Of a stretch of 64,000 bases of DNA, positions 18,653 through 27,939 are shown in pieces (positions within the stretch are counted from its first letter, which is position 1; every line of letters starts with the position of its first letter). The DNA comes from an uncultured Nitrososphaerales archaeon (GTDB taxonomy: Archaea; Thermoproteota; Nitrososphaeria; Nitrososphaerales; JACAEJ01), in NCBI GenBank assembly GCA_938091495.1, contig CALLJF010000012.1, positions 32,154 to 96,153 on the forward strand, in the 5' to 3' direction. Both the position numbers and the translations under genes were made by a program. Under the pieces are notes generated by a model. That model did no database searches, was not told where the DNA came from, and worked only from the letters and a program-made list of their open reading frames with translations.

Positions 18653-19366
18653 ATGCAAATGCAAAAAGAAAGTGGGCAAACTGAAATTATGGAGGAACTT
18701 GCGAGCATAAGTAAGGAAATAGATATCCTATCGTATAAGATTAGCCGCAGAGCTAACCAGTTACATGGTGATATCTTCACAATAAGAAGCGACCCTGTAA
18801 TAACAGATCTTTGGCATAGCCTTTGCAAATACCATAAAAAAGCCATAGTATTGTGCGCTGGCATGGGCAGTAGAAAGCCTGCGGTATGTGGAAGACTTGA
18901 AAGACCCCAAGCATGCGTCTATACTTTGCATCTTTCTGAGGAAGAAATCTGCTGTGTTGTCTTTAGACGTAATCTGCAAGCCAAAACAGAAGAGAATCGT
19001 AAGGTCAAGCACTTTATGTCGTCTCCAGTGGTGACCATAGATCCAAACTCAAAGATCATAGATGCTTTAGAAATTATGAAAAAACATGAAATAGGAAGTC
19101 TTGTTGCGGTGGATAAAGGGAAGATAAAAGGCATATTGACAGAAAAGGATCTAGTATCCAAGGTCTTTATAAGTGCTACTGGATTAGATGGAATTTTAGT
19201 TAGAGATGTAATGACCTCTGAGCCCTTGATAACAGTAGATCCAGAAACCGATATACAAAAAGCAGCAAAAATAATGGCTGAGAAAAACGTGAGGCATCTT
19301 CCTGTCATAGAAAAGGAAAAACTCGTAGGAATGTTGGCTATCCCTGATTTTTACAGAGAGATTTAA
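18653..19366 (+). CDS. CBS-pair protein with unrecognised Cys-rich N-terminal region of about 120 aa
   Basis: The C-terminal half has two CBS motifs (MSSPVVTIDP...GILTEKDL and VRDVMTSEPLITVDP...VGMLAIPDF). The N-terminal half has 7 Cys and no recognised fold. The start is set at the ATG at 18653, downstream of an atatatatata TATA-like run. Confidence 0.65.
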   Translation: MQMQKESGQTEIMEELASISKEIDILSYKISRRANQLHGDIFTIRSDPVITDLWHSLCKYHKKAIVLCAGMGSRKPAVCGRLERPQACVYTLHLSEEEICCVVFRRNLQAKTEENRKVKHFMSSPVVTIDPNSKIIDALEIMKKHEIGSLVAVDKGKIKGILTEKDLVSKVFISATGLDGILVRDVMTSEPLITVDPETDIQKAAKIMAEKNVRHLPVIEKEKLVGMLAIPDFYREI

Positions 19367-19480
19367 ATAGAGATTATCTTGACATCAAAGAATTATGACA
19401 AGATAGTAAAGAGACGATAGAATTCATCGATATAATTCTCGAAATAACTTTATTCAGTGTAATTCTTTCGTTTGCAAAAA

Positions 19481-20074
19481 TTACTTTTTCCTATACATTC
19501 TAATGCTGAGTACAATAATCCAGAAAGATGCCAGAAGGATATTAATTGTTTCAGGAATTGCTACACCTGACAGACGAACAGTAGCCCAGACGATCCAACC
19601 AATGAAGCTAATAATGCCGATCAAAAGAGTAAAGATGCCTAAGCTCTTATTTGAGATATTTAAAGTAAAATGAATGCCCAAAATAATTGAAGATAGGATA
19701 AGTGATACGAAGAATGCCGCTGAGAAGTAAAAGTGAACTAAGCCAAAAGCCTCTGAAAATACGCCAACACCTATCAGGAATACAGATGATAATAATAGCA
19801 TCACCGATCCAATCAGCCCAAGGCGTTTTGTCCGCTCGATCTTAGCTAATCCGACAATGAATGGAAAGATAAGGATTCCACAAATAATCAATCCAGAATT
19901 AAAGATCGGAGCCACTCGTGACACGCCCAGATCACTGAGTGCATTATCAGTCCAGCTAAACCATGGAGAAAGAGCGATGGAGATGCCTATAGATGCCAGC
20001 GCCCACGTCGGAGCAATAATCCCAAATGATGCAGCAACTCTTGGTTCAGTTATCTCTCTCCATCCCAGCACCAT
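19481..20074 (-). CDS. Polytopic membrane protein (DUF998-like)
   Basis: 197 aa with about 6 TM. The SWTDNALSDLG motif resembles the DUF998 signature (from memory). Confidence 0.5.
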   Translation of the reverse strand: MVLGWREITEPRVAASFGIIAPTWALASIGISIALSPWFSWTDNALSDLGVSRVAPIFNSGLIICGILIFPFIVGLAKIERTKRLGLIGSVMLLLSSVFLIGVGVFSEAFGLVHFYFSAAFFVSLILSSIILGIHFTLNISNKSLGIFTLLIGIISFIGWIVWATVRLSGVAIPETINILLASFWIIVLSIRMYRKK

Positions 20075-20303
20075 GAAAAATTACATCCCTAGAACCTTTG
20101 ATTTATTGTCTTATTAAAATTCTCTTCACTTTCTTGCTTTTCAATGAAAAATAGAAATGAATATTAACAATTATTAAAGGAGAGAACATGATGATCAAAT
20201 GGATGGTCATGGATAACTCTAAGAGATTTTTTATTGTGATTAAGCCTTGGTTAATAAAAATGAGAAAACATACTCATTCATAAAGCTCTAGGAGGAATTT
20301 GGA

Positions 20304-21845
20304 TTGATCAATGAGTTCACTGAAATATCCCCTTCAGAGTTTTTCTATAGAAATAGAGATTTAGCAGGGTTTAGTAACCCCTCTCGTGCATTATACTCAG
20401 CCGTTAGAGAACTTCTTGAGAATAGTTTAGATGCATGTGAACTCCATAACATACTCCCAGAAATCTTCGTAAGATTAACGCCGATGGACTTCGATATGAA
20501 TAGCCAAGACCCCAAGGCATACATGATAAAAGTTCAAGACAATGGTTCTGGTATAGAACCAAAATATGTCCCAAAGGCCTTTGGGCAGGTCTTCTTTGGT
20601 TCTAAGTTTCAACTAAGGCAATCAAGGGGTATGTTCGGCATGGGAGGGACTATGGCCATACTCTATGGCCAGATAACGACTAACAAACCTGTTAGAATAA
20701 CCACGTCTGTTGATGGAATACAGGCCTTCACCTTCGATTTGCTTATCGATGTTCAAGAGAACACTCCCATAATCTTAAGAAAGGATTCTCATCCAGCCGA
20801 AGGCTCAACAGGAACCATGATAAGTTTGACTTTAGAGGGCGATTATTCAAGAGCCTCCCAAAAGATATTAGATTATCTTAAGCAAATAGCCATGGTAACA
20901 CCTTACGCCAACATTACCTTCATAGACCCTTATGGGCGACTGTTTCTTTATGATAGGGTTACGAAGACCATACCTATCCCGCCTAAAGAGACGCTATTAC
21001 ATCCTTATGGCACAGATGTGGAAGCCATTCGAAGGATGATAAAGAGATCAAAGCAAGACAGCATGGTAGAGTTCATGTCTAAGAATTTTCATAGAGTTGG
21101 CAAGAACATAGCGAAAAAGTTCCTTGATTACGCTGGTTTCGACCAAAACACTGATCCAAAGACCTTATCAAATGATGAAATTACAAAGCTAGTAAGAGCC
21201 CTTCATAGATACGATGGTTTCTTGCAGCCAGATGCTAGTTGCCTCTCCCCCCTTGGAGAAGAGATTTTAATGACTGGTATAAAGAAAGAGTTGGAGCCAG
21301 AGTTTACAACTGCAACTACCCGCCCCCCGTCAGCTTACTCAGGCTTTCCCTTCATAGTAGAAGTTGGTTTGGCTTATGGAGGAAAAATTCTTCCAAAAGG
21401 TTTAAAGCTCTTTAGGTTTGCCAATAGAATACCTTTACTTTATGACGAGGCGAACGATGTTACAAGCAAAGTTTTAAACGAAGAAATAGATTGGAAGCGC
21501 TACAGAATACCAGAAGATGCTCCTTTGGCAATAATAACTCATGTCTGCTCCACTAAAATACCTTATAAGACTGTTGGCAAAGAGTACTTAGCAGATAGGC
21601 CTGAGCTTGAGAGAGAATTAAAAAATGCTATTAGAGAGGTTCTTAGAAAGCTGAGCCTTTATCTCTCAAAGAAAGTGTCCATTGAAATGGATAAACGAAG
21701 GTTTAACATATATGGTAAGTATTTGCCATTGATAGCAAGATTCTCAAAAGAACTATCGGAGGCCAAGAGATTACCAGACTATAAGAAACTGCTGGATAAA
21801 AAGATGTTTCAGAAGGATATTGAAGAATACATAAATATTAAATGA
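20304..21845 (+). CDS. top6B: DNA topoisomerase VI subunit B (GHKL ATPase)
   Basis: 513 aa. Bergerat-fold motifs ELLENSLDA, DNGSGI and GMFGMG. TTG start 8 nt after AGGAGG. Confidence 0.9.
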   Translation: MINEFTEISPSEFFYRNRDLAGFSNPSRALYSAVRELLENSLDACELHNILPEIFVRLTPMDFDMNSQDPKAYMIKVQDNGSGIEPKYVPKAFGQVFFGSKFQLRQSRGMFGMGGTMAILYGQITTNKPVRITTSVDGIQAFTFDLLIDVQENTPIILRKDSHPAEGSTGTMISLTLEGDYSRASQKILDYLKQIAMVTPYANITFIDPYGRLFLYDRVTKTIPIPPKETLLHPYGTDVEAIRRMIKRSKQDSMVEFMSKNFHRVGKNIAKKFLDYAGFDQNTDPKTLSNDEITKLVRALHRYDGFLQPDASCLSPLGEEILMTGIKKELEPEFTTATTRPPSAYSGFPFIVEVGLAYGGKILPKGLKLFRFANRIPLLYDEANDVTSKVLNEEIDWKRYRIPEDAPLAIITHVCSTKIPYKTVGKEYLADRPELERELKNAIREVLRKLSLYLSKKVSIEMDKRRFNIYGKYLPLIARFSKELSEAKRLPDYKKLLDKKMFQKDIEEYINIK

Positions 21846-21924
21846 TCGAAAAATTAATGACAAAGAATTATCATGTGTATACGAAGATGCTCTATGGATT
21901 ACTACCAATCTTTTTCGTAATAAT

Positions 21925-22206
21925 TTAATAATCTTCTTTTCGCCATACCCCAAACTTCACGGTCTCTCTAAAAAAGGCTGGGTCACGGCAAATCGGACAT
22001 GGAATTGAACTTTTATGGACCTCATAGTCGATACCGTCAACCCCAAACTTATGTCCTTGCTTGCATTCATAGAAATCGACCAAACGCTCAATTGACATCT
22101 TGCTTTTCTTAAACGTCGTACAGAATACTATACTGTCATCAGCCATTTTACATGAACCTTTGTTTTGACAAAAACTACAGATGGCATTCTTGTTTACTAC
22201 TTCCAT
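21925..22206 (-). CDS. Small Cys-rich (zinc-finger-like) protein
   Basis: 93 aa with CSFC...C and CPIC pairs. Family not recognised. Confidence 0.45.
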   Translation of the reverse strand: MEVVNKNAICSFCQNKGSCKMADDSIVFCTTFKKSKMSIERLVDFYECKQGHKFGVDGIDYEVHKSSIPCPICRDPAFFRETVKFGVWRKEDY

Positions 22207-22572
22207 CTTCTCTACATGTCTGATTTTTATTTTTCCACCCTCATCTTTTAGTGTTTAATAGCACTTGATCGAATATTGTACAAGATAATCACTTAAGATA
22301 CTTATGAAATTGAGCAATATACGGGTGTTCTATCTGAATTGGACTTGACCTTGTCAGATGTAATTGTATTCTCAAATAATGCCAAACAGAATTTACTTTT
22401 AACCTTTTCTTTAGATTCTAGTCGATTCTAATCGAATTAATCATGTGAAAAAAGATAGGAATTCGCTCCTCGAATATCATCAAAAGAATGGACCAACTAT
22501 GTTCGTTAAAGCAAAAAGATGTAGTTTGATCAAATTCAAGGGCGATTCTGGTGAAATATGAATGACTTCAAA

Positions 22573-22896
22573 CTATCTCGAAAATTTAAATATCATCAAG
22601 AATGGTGTCGAACCTATCTTCTTCACTGCATGTTTTGAGGCCATTTCAGCCTTTATGACTTCGATTACTATCTTTTCTCCTACTAAGTTTGCAACAGAAG
22701 ATGATTCTATCAATAAAAGAGCTTCGTCTACATTTACAAGTTCTCCCTCAAAATAGCTTGGAGAAATGTGCATCTCTACCTTTTCACCCTTTATAGTCTT
22801 TCCTATTAGGTCTTTATCACAAATGTTGACCAGCTTCATTCCTTGCCAATCTATTATTCTTGCCACGTAGCATTTTTCTTTCCTCAAGAATATCAC
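22573..22896 (-). CDS. DUF424-like conserved archaeal protein
   Basis: 107 aa, immediately downstream of and overlapping aIF-2beta, the usual position of DUF424. Motif ICDKDLIGK. Confidence 0.6.
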   Translation of the reverse strand: MIFLRKEKCYVARIIDWQGMKLVNICDKDLIGKTIKGEKVEMHISPSYFEGELVNVDEALLLIESSSVANLVGEKIVIEVIKAEMASKHAVKKIGSTPFLMIFKFSR

Positions 22897-23336
22897 TTTG
22901 ATTTAGTTGGTGACTTCGCTCCACAGGCTTCACAGACTAGAAACTGTAATCTTTTGACTTTTTCAATATTTGTGTCCGGGCTTCCACAGACTGGACAATT
23001 TACAAAGTCTTTCATATACCGATTGATCAAAACTGAGAAGGATTGAGGCTCCTTTCTCCCTATGAAGATGGCTCTATCCTTGTCCAGAGATACAGCCGTT
23101 GCTAACTCCTTAGCTAAGAACATCAGTAAATGGTTAGGGTCTCTCCTCACGATTCGAGCAAACTCCATGAAGTTCCTGAAAATTGTTTTATTACCTACCC
23201 AAAATATGATAGGTTTTGGGAGTTCGAGTCTAACAACCTTAGTTCCTGACTCCATTATGTTTTGGCTACTCTTCAACCTCTTCAACAGGTCATCATAGGA
23301 TAGGGTCATTCCACTGACTCCTAGAATATACTTCAA
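22893..23336 (-). CDS. eif2b: Translation initiation factor aIF-2 beta
   Basis: 147 aa. C-terminal zinc ribbon CPVCGSPDT...CEACGA preceded by the conserved helical core. Confidence 0.9.
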   Translation of the reverse strand: MKYILGVSGMTLSYDDLLKRLKSSQNIMESGTKVVRLELPKPIIFWVGNKTIFRNFMEFARIVRRDPNHLLMFLAKELATAVSLDKDRAIFIGRKEPQSFSVLINRYMKDFVNCPVCGSPDTNIEKVKRLQFLVCEACGAKSPTKSK

Positions 23337-23461
23337 TTAGGAATATATGAGTTTTGCATCATAAAAAGAATTGCTTCTAAATCGAGACTAGATAACCTTA
23401 AAATCCAGGGCAATAATCTAAAGCCACGCATAAATTAATAGCGAGAAAGAGGTTATGATTT

Positions 23462-23689
23462 ATGAATTTTTTGAAGAGGCTTAAGGCTAACATATCGCTA
23501 AACTTCAACAAAGCCACTCTCAATTTAGGAGAGAATCTAGAAGGCATATTGGGAGTGACATCAGAAGAAGAATTTGATGTGATTAAGACGAGAGTTGGAT
23601 TAGATGCGTTGAAAAAAGGAATGAACATAACTGCTGCAAACATCAAACTTTGTATCTATACTGTGGATCGTCTAGGAGGGCATGAATAG
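23462..23689 (+). CDS. Hypothetical small protein (possibly a truncated Spo0M/arrestin-N-like fragment)
   Basis: 75 aa. The N-terminus MNFLKRLKANISLNFNKATLNLGENLEGIL loosely resembles Spo0M-type N-termini. Weak evidence. Confidence 0.3.
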   Translation: MNFLKRLKANISLNFNKATLNLGENLEGILGVTSEEEFDVIKTRVGLDALKKGMNITAANIKLCIYTVDRLGGHE

Positions 23690-23746
23690 TAGTGAGATTA
23701 CATATTTACTTCATTAAAGAGAATTTGACGCCAAAGTAAATCATCC

Positions 23747-24019
23747 TTGTCCTTTTGTAATATATATAAAAAGCATTACATCATGATGATCACTATGGGC
23801 AGAATTAGTGTAATGATAGGACTATGGTTGGTCGGTTTCGTGATTGGCTTCCTAGGCTTCATAATCTTCACCGCTCTTGCTCAAGCGCTGATGAATCTTC
23901 TTCCTTTTCTAGCCACGATGGACAGCTACCTCTTAAGTGCTACTCTATCTGGATTCGTGGGTTCCGTAGTAACAATCATAGCTGTAACTGTCTGGAGTTA
24001 TTCTTCAAGGCGCTACTAA
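23747..24019 (+). CDS. Small membrane protein (about 3 TM)
   Basis: 90 aa, hydrophobic. The real start is probably one of the internal Met at residues 13-17. Confidence 0.4.
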   Translation: MSFCNIYKKHYIMMITMGRISVMIGLWLVGFVIGFLGFIIFTALAQALMNLLPFLATMDSYLLSATLSGFVGSVVTIIAVTVWSYSSRRY

Positions 24020-24102
24020 AATCTCCAACAAATACATAGTACTAGGGCAATCCCAAGCCCAACTTTTAATTATTACTAAAGAATGTTATGTAAAGTAAAG
24101 TT

Positions 24103-24687
24103 TCAATTTTTCTCTTGATTTCTTAGAATTTCTTCAATAATTCTTTCTTCTACATCTATATTGAAACTTTTCTTTATCTTCGATTTAATCTCTTTATCAC
24201 TCAGCTTTTCAAACTCATTAAGATTATTATAGATTATTCTTCTAACGCTGTCTACAAAATTCCAAGGGAATATGATCGAACTATGGGAAATCTCTCCAAC
24301 ATAATAATCTGGCTTTATAGTTCCTTTAGCGTAAAATAATGCTAAAATTCTAATTCCATTTGACTTTGATGATGCTATGGATTTAATGGCTTGCATGCTC
24401 CTTTTATCCATCATATCATTCACTAATAGAATCTTCTTTTCTAAAAGATTTGCGTTAAGAAGACTCGAACCAACTTGCTTATCCCAGTGCTTTAAGTCTA
24501 GGCTAAAAATATCTTTGCAATCTATATAATCACAAAGCAATCTTGCTACTGCCCATCCTCCCCTTGATATTCCAAGTATCATATCAGGCTCATACTTTGA
24601 TTCTTTGATCTTCTTTGCTAAAATCTTCGTAAGATTCTGCAATTTGTTCCAATCAATTAATTCGTAATTGAGTTTTTCTTCACTCAT
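24103..24687 (-). CDS. Phosphoribosyltransferase-fold protein (Gpt/purine PRT-like) with degenerate PRPP loop
   Basis: 194 aa. ILGISRGGWAVARLL and IIFPWNF match archaeal purine PRTases. The PRPP motif reads KILLVNDMMDKRSMQ instead of the expected VLIVDDVxDTGxT. Confidence 0.6.
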   Translation of the reverse strand: MSEEKLNYELIDWNKLQNLTKILAKKIKESKYEPDMILGISRGGWAVARLLCDYIDCKDIFSLDLKHWDKQVGSSLLNANLLEKKILLVNDMMDKRSMQAIKSIASSKSNGIRILALFYAKGTIKPDYYVGEISHSSIIFPWNFVDSVRRIIYNNLNEFEKLSDKEIKSKIKKSFNIDVEERIIEEILRNQEKN

Positions 24688-24769
24688 GCCTGAATATTGA
24701 CAATTAAGACCTTCATAAAAGAGTTTAAAAAGTTTTAATATACTTTTTATCCTAAGAGTGTGAAAAGAG

Positions 24770-25564
24770 TTGAAGGAAGAAAGAGCAGAGATAGGAATAA
24801 TAGGAGGTACTGGTGTCTACGATCCTGGTTTATTAGAAGATTCGAAGGAGATAAAGGTCTACACTCCTTACGGAAAGCCCTCTGACTTTATAACAATAGG
24901 GTTCTTTAAAGGTAAGAAGATAGCCTTCATACCAAGGCATGCTAAAGGTCACCAGATACCTCCACATAACATAAACTTCAGAGCGAATATTTGGTCTTTA
25001 AAGCAACTCGGAGTTACTAGAATAATAGCCCCAGCCGCTGTTGGAAGCTTAAAAGAAGAGCTGAAGCCAGGAGATATAGTCATACCTGATCAATTCATAG
25101 ACAGAACAACAGGCAGAGCGAGCTCTTTCTATGACGGGGGCAGAGTATGCCATATATCTACAGCTGACCCTTTCTGTCCTGAGTTATCAAAAATTGCCTT
25201 CAATGCTGGAAAAAATTTAAAACTACCTATTCATAAAGGTGGCACTTGTATAGTAGTTCAAGGACCTAGATTTTCAACGAAGGCTGAGTCTAGATTGTAT
25301 AGGAGTTGGGGAGCAGATATAATCAACATGACCATGGTTCCTGAGTGTGTATTGGCAAGAGAAGTTGAGATTTGCTATGTGCCAATAGCAACGATAACTG
25401 ACTATGATGTATGGAAGGAAAGGTTAGTCAGTGTCGATGAAATCATAAGAACATCAAAAGAAAATGTTGACAAAACTAGGATGCTCTTAGAAAATATGAT
25501 ACCTAAAATTCCTAAGGAGAGAAGTTGTATCTGCAAAGACGCATTAAAGGATGCTCTGATATGA
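24770..25564 (+). CDS. mtnP: 5'-Methylthioadenosine phosphorylase
   Basis: 264 aa. IGIIGGTGVY, FIPRHAKGH and INMTMVPE are typical of MTAP/PNP family 2. Confidence 0.9.
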   Translation: MKEERAEIGIIGGTGVYDPGLLEDSKEIKVYTPYGKPSDFITIGFFKGKKIAFIPRHAKGHQIPPHNINFRANIWSLKQLGVTRIIAPAAVGSLKEELKPGDIVIPDQFIDRTTGRASSFYDGGRVCHISTADPFCPELSKIAFNAGKNLKLPIHKGGTCIVVQGPRFSTKAESRLYRSWGADIINMTMVPECVLAREVEICYVPIATITDYDVWKERLVSVDEIIRTSKENVDKTRMLLENMIPKIPKERSCICKDALKDALI

Positions 25565-25592
25565 AAATCGATCATGAAGTGAAGGACAAAAA

Positions 25593-25976
25593 TCAAGCGT
25601 TTGAGAGAGATTTGTAAAGAATCGCTCCTAAACCCATTGTAAGAAAGGCTATAACTACTACTGTAAACTCAAATTGTAGTAGCATTATTAAGGAAGAAAG
25701 GGCTCCAAAGACTGCCAGTATTGGCAAATTCATTATTGTAAGAGGTGATCTAAAGGCTTCTTAAACCTTAGGCTTATCAAAGCCAGATTCACTGAAAAGA
25801 AAACAAGAAAGGTTGTAAAATTCGTCCCATTCGCTACTAGCTCAATACTGACTCTTTTATCCCCAGAAATTGACCAAAGAAAGTAAGATGCAAGCTTGTC
25901 CAGCAGCCTTTCCTATCAGAGCATAGACTCCTGCTCCAACTAAACCGATTTCTCTTTTAAGCGCGGTAGAATTCAT
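25593..25976 (-). pseudogene. Heavily deleted remnant of an APC-family amino-acid permease
   Basis: Minus-strand pieces in three frames: MNSTALKREIGLVGAGVYALIGKAAGQACILLSLVNFWG*, ...SIELVANGTNFTTFLVFFSVNLALISLRFKKPLDHLLQ*, and LTIMNLPILAVFGALSSLIMLLQFEFTVVVIAFLTMGLGAILYKSLSNA*. These look like the N-terminal and C-terminal ends of an APC transporter with the middle missing. Confidence 0.5.
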
Positions 25977-26102
25977 TTTAACTCTCCATGTAAGAAAAGA
26001 TATTGATAAGCTTGATTAAGTTCAACTAATCAGCGCCAAAATTAGAGCTTTTGCCATAATTCATTACTTTTTATGAAAAATTGGATTATGGTTGGAAATT
26101 CC

Positions 26103-27818
26103 CTATCGTGGGGGTGGAGGCAAATAAGTGATAGATGGTGATATTCCTTTACTTGTTAGAGCAATGACCCCGCTTACGATTTTAACTATCGCTGCCATTA
26201 AGAGCAGATAAGAACCTAGGGCCAGGCCCCATGATAATTGCACGACGCCATATTCTCCTATACTCCCAGAATATGATCCAGTCATTGGGCTCGATGATAT
26301 TTGATTTGATATCGTCATAAGTTCTGCTGGAACTTCGCCACCGGCAAAGGATGGTATCATAGATGCAAGTAAAGCCACGAATAGCAGTATTATTATGACT
26401 GGAATAAGAAGAGCTATGCCTCCTGTGATGTATTTCCTTCCTAGTTGTCTCGAAGACTTCATGCCTATCAAGTCCAGGATGCTCAACACTACTAGGGCAA
26501 GTATTATTATAAGGAATGGAATCTTCATTCCAAAGAATTGCACTAAACCATCCCCAAGAAGGTTGACTTGTACTCCCCTTATCCCGTCTATCACAAGCAC
26601 GTCTACATTACCATCCGTCGTAAAAGGCCCTGACTGAATGTTTATGGTTGTAATATACCACGGTAGGAATAGAGCCATAATTACTAGAACAATGCTAACT
26701 ATCCCAAGGATTATGCCTATGCTTGCTCTTGTTCTTAGATTTGCCCATAATCTTAATCCTCCTTTCCTATGAAGCTTTACTATACCGTAGATTTTCCAGA
26801 CCACAAGTATGATTATTATTATCGAGAAGATGAGCAAGAAATTTGCGACTAACCAATTCATAATGAACCAATTTCCATCCACTGTAAATAGCCCCAATCC
26901 CCATGATACAGGGCTTTGCCACTTGCTTCCATCCTGACTGTACTTTGGACCCAAAGGACCGTTTCTTCCTCTTAATTCTTCAGCGCCTCCTCCCAAAGCA
27001 CCCCATCTCCCTGCGAATTCAAGCCAGCCTTGAGTCCCTGTCCCTACTTCCTTTAACAATACAACTTGAAGATCCGAGTCGTTCCAGTTTATCATCTTGC
27101 CATTGGCTCCAACTATGTCGTTCTCCATCCCAAGATTACCTTGATATGCTCTGAAATAATTAGCGTGAGATCCTTGGGCAACGTAAACTTTAGGGTGAGT
27201 GCCATCGACTTTTTCTACATTACTCCATGAAGTCTTCTCTCCGCTCTCGTGTTGTGAATATGAAGCATATAGAGGTTCTTTACTACTATTCAATATGATT
27301 TCAACAACTTCCCAATCGCCTTGATGATCGTTCAGAGCTCCATTGTTAAAGGCATAGAATAGCCAATACTGGACTATTATGTAGCTTTCACCATCAGCCA
27401 TGTCTGGCTTAACATGAGCATATACAAAGTATCCGTTTACTTCCTTCCAGTCGTTATAATCCTGAGATATTTCTTCAAAGCTTAGTTCGTTCTCTAAAAA
27501 GTAGTTATCGTTGACATTGGTCAAGACAGCTATCTCAGCTATAGTTGGTGAAGTATCTACCGTGATAATACTGTCTCCAACCTTCCTTTTCAAAATTGAG
27601 TTGGATAGATGATAGTCTATGGATGCTGGAAAGAACAGTTCTCCATCTACGAATTGTAATGTTGGCAGATAAGTATTTGCCAAGCTGGCTTCAACAGCAT
27701 CGTCTAATCCATCACCATCCGAATCAACTCCTAGAACATTAACTGGAGCAAAGATAAAAAGAAGAGAAAGGAACAAGAGAATGATTATTCTCCCATGTTT
27801 TTTCGAAAAGCTCTTCAT
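26103..27818 (-). CDS. Signal peptide + Vps62/DUF946-like domain + 5-6 TM C-terminal region
   Basis: 571 aa. N-terminal signal peptide, then an acidic DSDGDGLDD repeat. The core YWLFYAFNNGALNDHQGDWEVVEI...HPKVYVAQGSHANY matches my recollection of the Vps62 (PF06101) pattern. The C-terminal half is polytopic and ends PPPPR. Confidence 0.55.
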   Translation of the reverse strand: MKSFSKKHGRIIILLFLSLLFIFAPVNVLGVDSDGDGLDDAVEASLANTYLPTLQFVDGELFFPASIDYHLSNSILKRKVGDSIITVDTSPTIAEIAVLTNVNDNYFLENELSFEEISQDYNDWKEVNGYFVYAHVKPDMADGESYIIVQYWLFYAFNNGALNDHQGDWEVVEIILNSSKEPLYASYSQHESGEKTSWSNVEKVDGTHPKVYVAQGSHANYFRAYQGNLGMENDIVGANGKMINWNDSDLQVVLLKEVGTGTQGWLEFAGRWGALGGGAEELRGRNGPLGPKYSQDGSKWQSPVSWGLGLFTVDGNWFIMNWLVANFLLIFSIIIIILVVWKIYGIVKLHRKGGLRLWANLRTRASIGIILGIVSIVLVIMALFLPWYITTINIQSGPFTTDGNVDVLVIDGIRGVQVNLLGDGLVQFFGMKIPFLIIILALVVLSILDLIGMKSSRQLGRKYITGGIALLIPVIIILLFVALLASMIPSFAGGEVPAELMTISNQISSSPMTGSYSGSIGEYGVVQLSWGLALGSYLLLMAAIVKIVSGVIALTSKGISPSITYLPPPPR

Positions 27819-27939
27819 TTATATCATATCCATTTTTAAAACTGAGAATCCTTATCCATAATAAACCTTATGTTTCTGTTTTGTCTAATAAGCAAAAAAT
27901 TAGGATAGAAAGGTTGAAATTTGGACATAATGATGCTAA

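Noticed and set aside
18637-19308. Three overlapping minus-strand ORFs (75, 83 and 129 aa), and the idea of a structured RNA (RNase P or SRP) in 18518-19020
   Set aside because: The antisense ORFs overlap a clear CBS-domain frame. GAGGAAGAAATC and ACAGAAGAG only loosely resemble RNase P CR-I/CR-V, and no SRP helix-8 motif was found. I cannot support an RNA call.
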